A stretch of DNA of 64,000 bases from the human T2T-CHM13v2.0 reference genome, Homo sapiens: positions 37,792,001 to 37,856,000 of the forward strand of contig CP068257.2 of assembly GCA_009914755.4 (NCBI GenBank), written 5' to 3'. A program made the position numbers and the translations under genes. The notes below the pieces were generated by a model. It did not search any database. It had not been told where the DNA came from and saw only the letters and a list, made by a program, of their open reading frames with translations. The first letter of the stretch is position 1. Every line of letters starts with the position of its first letter. Positions 62,275-64,000 of the stretch are shown here, piece by piece.

Positions 62275-62583
62275 TTTTATTTATTATTATTATTTTTTGA
62301 GACGGAGTTTTGCTCTTGTTGCCCAGGCTGGAGTGCAGTGGCCCGATCTCAGCTCATTGCAACCTCTGCCTCCCGAGTTCAAGTGATTGATTCTTCTGCC
62401 TCAGGCTTCCTGAGTAGCTGGGATTACAGGCGCCACCACGCCCGGTTAATTTTTTGTATTTTTAGTAGAGACAGGGTGTCATCATATTGGCCAGGTTGGT
62501 CTTGGACTCCTGACCTCAGGTGATCCACCAGCCTTGGCCTCCCAAAGTGCAGGGATTATGGACGTGAGCCGCCACGCCCAGCC
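62275..62583 (-). mobile_element. Alu SINE
   Basis: T-rich then gagacggagttttgctcttgttgcccaggctggagtgcagtggcccgatctcagctcattgcaacc ... gcagggattatggacgtgagccgccacgcccagcc. Confidence 0.9.
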
Positions 62584-62871
62584 TGCAGTATTTTCTTTAT
62601 TGTTAAGTATAAATGTTAAGATATTTATACCTTTCTTTTTTGACCCATGCATTGAAATTATGAGTACATTTGGAGTTTCTTCTACTTTATTATATGCTTT
62701 TAATTTTTCTCAGTTTTGCAGTTTTTTTAATCCTTTCTTGATGTAATTTTACTAAAGTCTCTTTTTTCTAATTTTATTTTCCCCTTTACTCAATTCAAAT
62801 AATCTATCCTTTTAGTGGTTAACTTAGCTATTTTAACATACATACTTAAATTAGTTAAAGATAATCAGTAA

Positions 62872-63187
<316 letters not shown>

Positions 63188-63689
63188 TCTGTCCCAAACA
63201 TTAAAAGGGCCTTTAGACACTTTCACCCTAATCACTCTGTTTACATGTGTTTGGTTTTTCAGTATTTCAGTTGGCCTCTCATCCTGCTTCACAAATTAGG
63301 CATTTCTATTTGTTGGTTGAACAATCAATGTTTGTTCAGATTTAGATTTACCCACATATTTACTATTAATTTTATCTTTACTTCTTGAATCTGAGATATT
63401 CCATCTGGAATTATTTTCTTCTTCCTGAATACATCCTATAAGTTTCTTTAAGTGAAGTTCTCTTGGTGGTAACTTCTCTAAGTTTTTGTTTGTTTAAAAA
63501 AAGGTATTTTCCAGACAATGTCTTTCTTTCACCTTCATGCTTGAAAAAATAGTTTTACTGAGTCTGGAATTCTGGGCTGATGTTTATTTTTTCTAAACAC
63601 ATTGAAATTATTATTTTACTTTCACCTGGCCTCTAAGTTGCTATTGAGAAGTCAGCTGTCAGTCTCATCACTATTCTTTTATTGGGAAA

Positions 63690-63790
63690 CTTTGTTTTTT
63701 CCTTTTTCTTTTCCTCCCTTTCTTCTTCTGTCCATTCTGTCTCCTTTTCTTCTTCCTCTTTCTCTTCGTCTTCTTCTTCCCCTCTCTCTG
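63690..63790. repeat. polypyrimidine (CT-rich) low-complexity tract
   Basis: ttcttttcctccctttcttcttctgtccattctgtctccttttcttcttcctctttctcttcgtcttcttcttcccctctctctg. Confidence 0.9.
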
Positions 63791-63929
63791 GTTGCTTTTA
63801 ATAATATTTCTCTACGATGTGTCTAGGTTTAGAGTTATTTTTATTTATCTAGTTTAGAATTATTGATTGGGCTTCCTGAGACTAAGGGTTGTTATCTTTC
63901 AATAAGTCTAGAAAATTATTAGTAATTGG

Positions 63930-64000
63930 CCAGGCAAGATGTTGCATGCCTATAATCCTAGCACTTTGGGAGGCCGAGGTGGGAGGATTGCTTGAGCCCA
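63930..64000 (+). mobile_element. Alu SINE 5' end (cut by the window edge)
   Basis: ggccaggcaagatgttgcatgcctataatcctagcactttgggaggccgaggtgggaggattgcttgagccca. Confidence 0.85.

Overview
This window is human nuclear genomic DNA, not a prokaryotic locus. It holds about 45 Alu SINEs (roughly 20% of the bases), several MIR fragments, MaLR-type solo LTRs, microsatellites and one CpG island. The coding evidence fits the chr21q22.2 head-to-head gene pair LCA5L and SH3BGR. LCA5L lies on the minus strand: its start-codon exon is at ~20772-21103, and further coding exons are at 15576-16090, 13308-13445 and 4303-4387, with a probable exon at 2564-2681. The coiled-coil exon aligns residue-by-residue with LCA5 (lebercilin); the gene runs off the 5' edge of the window. 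SH3BGR lies on the plus strand, with coding exons at 44531-44764 (Met1) and 55002-55187 carrying the conserved [15 protein letters not shown]...EEQYCG domain. A CpG island at ~37975-38690 with an NRF-1 palindrome sits between the two genes and looks like a shared bidirectional promoter. Everything else is intronic or intergenic repeat-rich sequence. I found no CRISPR, operon, RNA gene or self-contained novel system. The points worth a second look are a palindromic AT-rich minisatellite in SH3BGR intron 1, an Alu plus LTR-fragment insertion bounded by a perfect 15-bp direct repeat, inverted Alu pairs flanking a 138-nt LCA5L exon, a candidate antisense non-coding exon, a possible internal SH3BGR promoter with three CCAAT boxes, and a CpG-retaining stop-poor unique segment. 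Coordinates were read by eye; boundaries are good to about +/-2 nt for exons and +/-10 nt for repeats.
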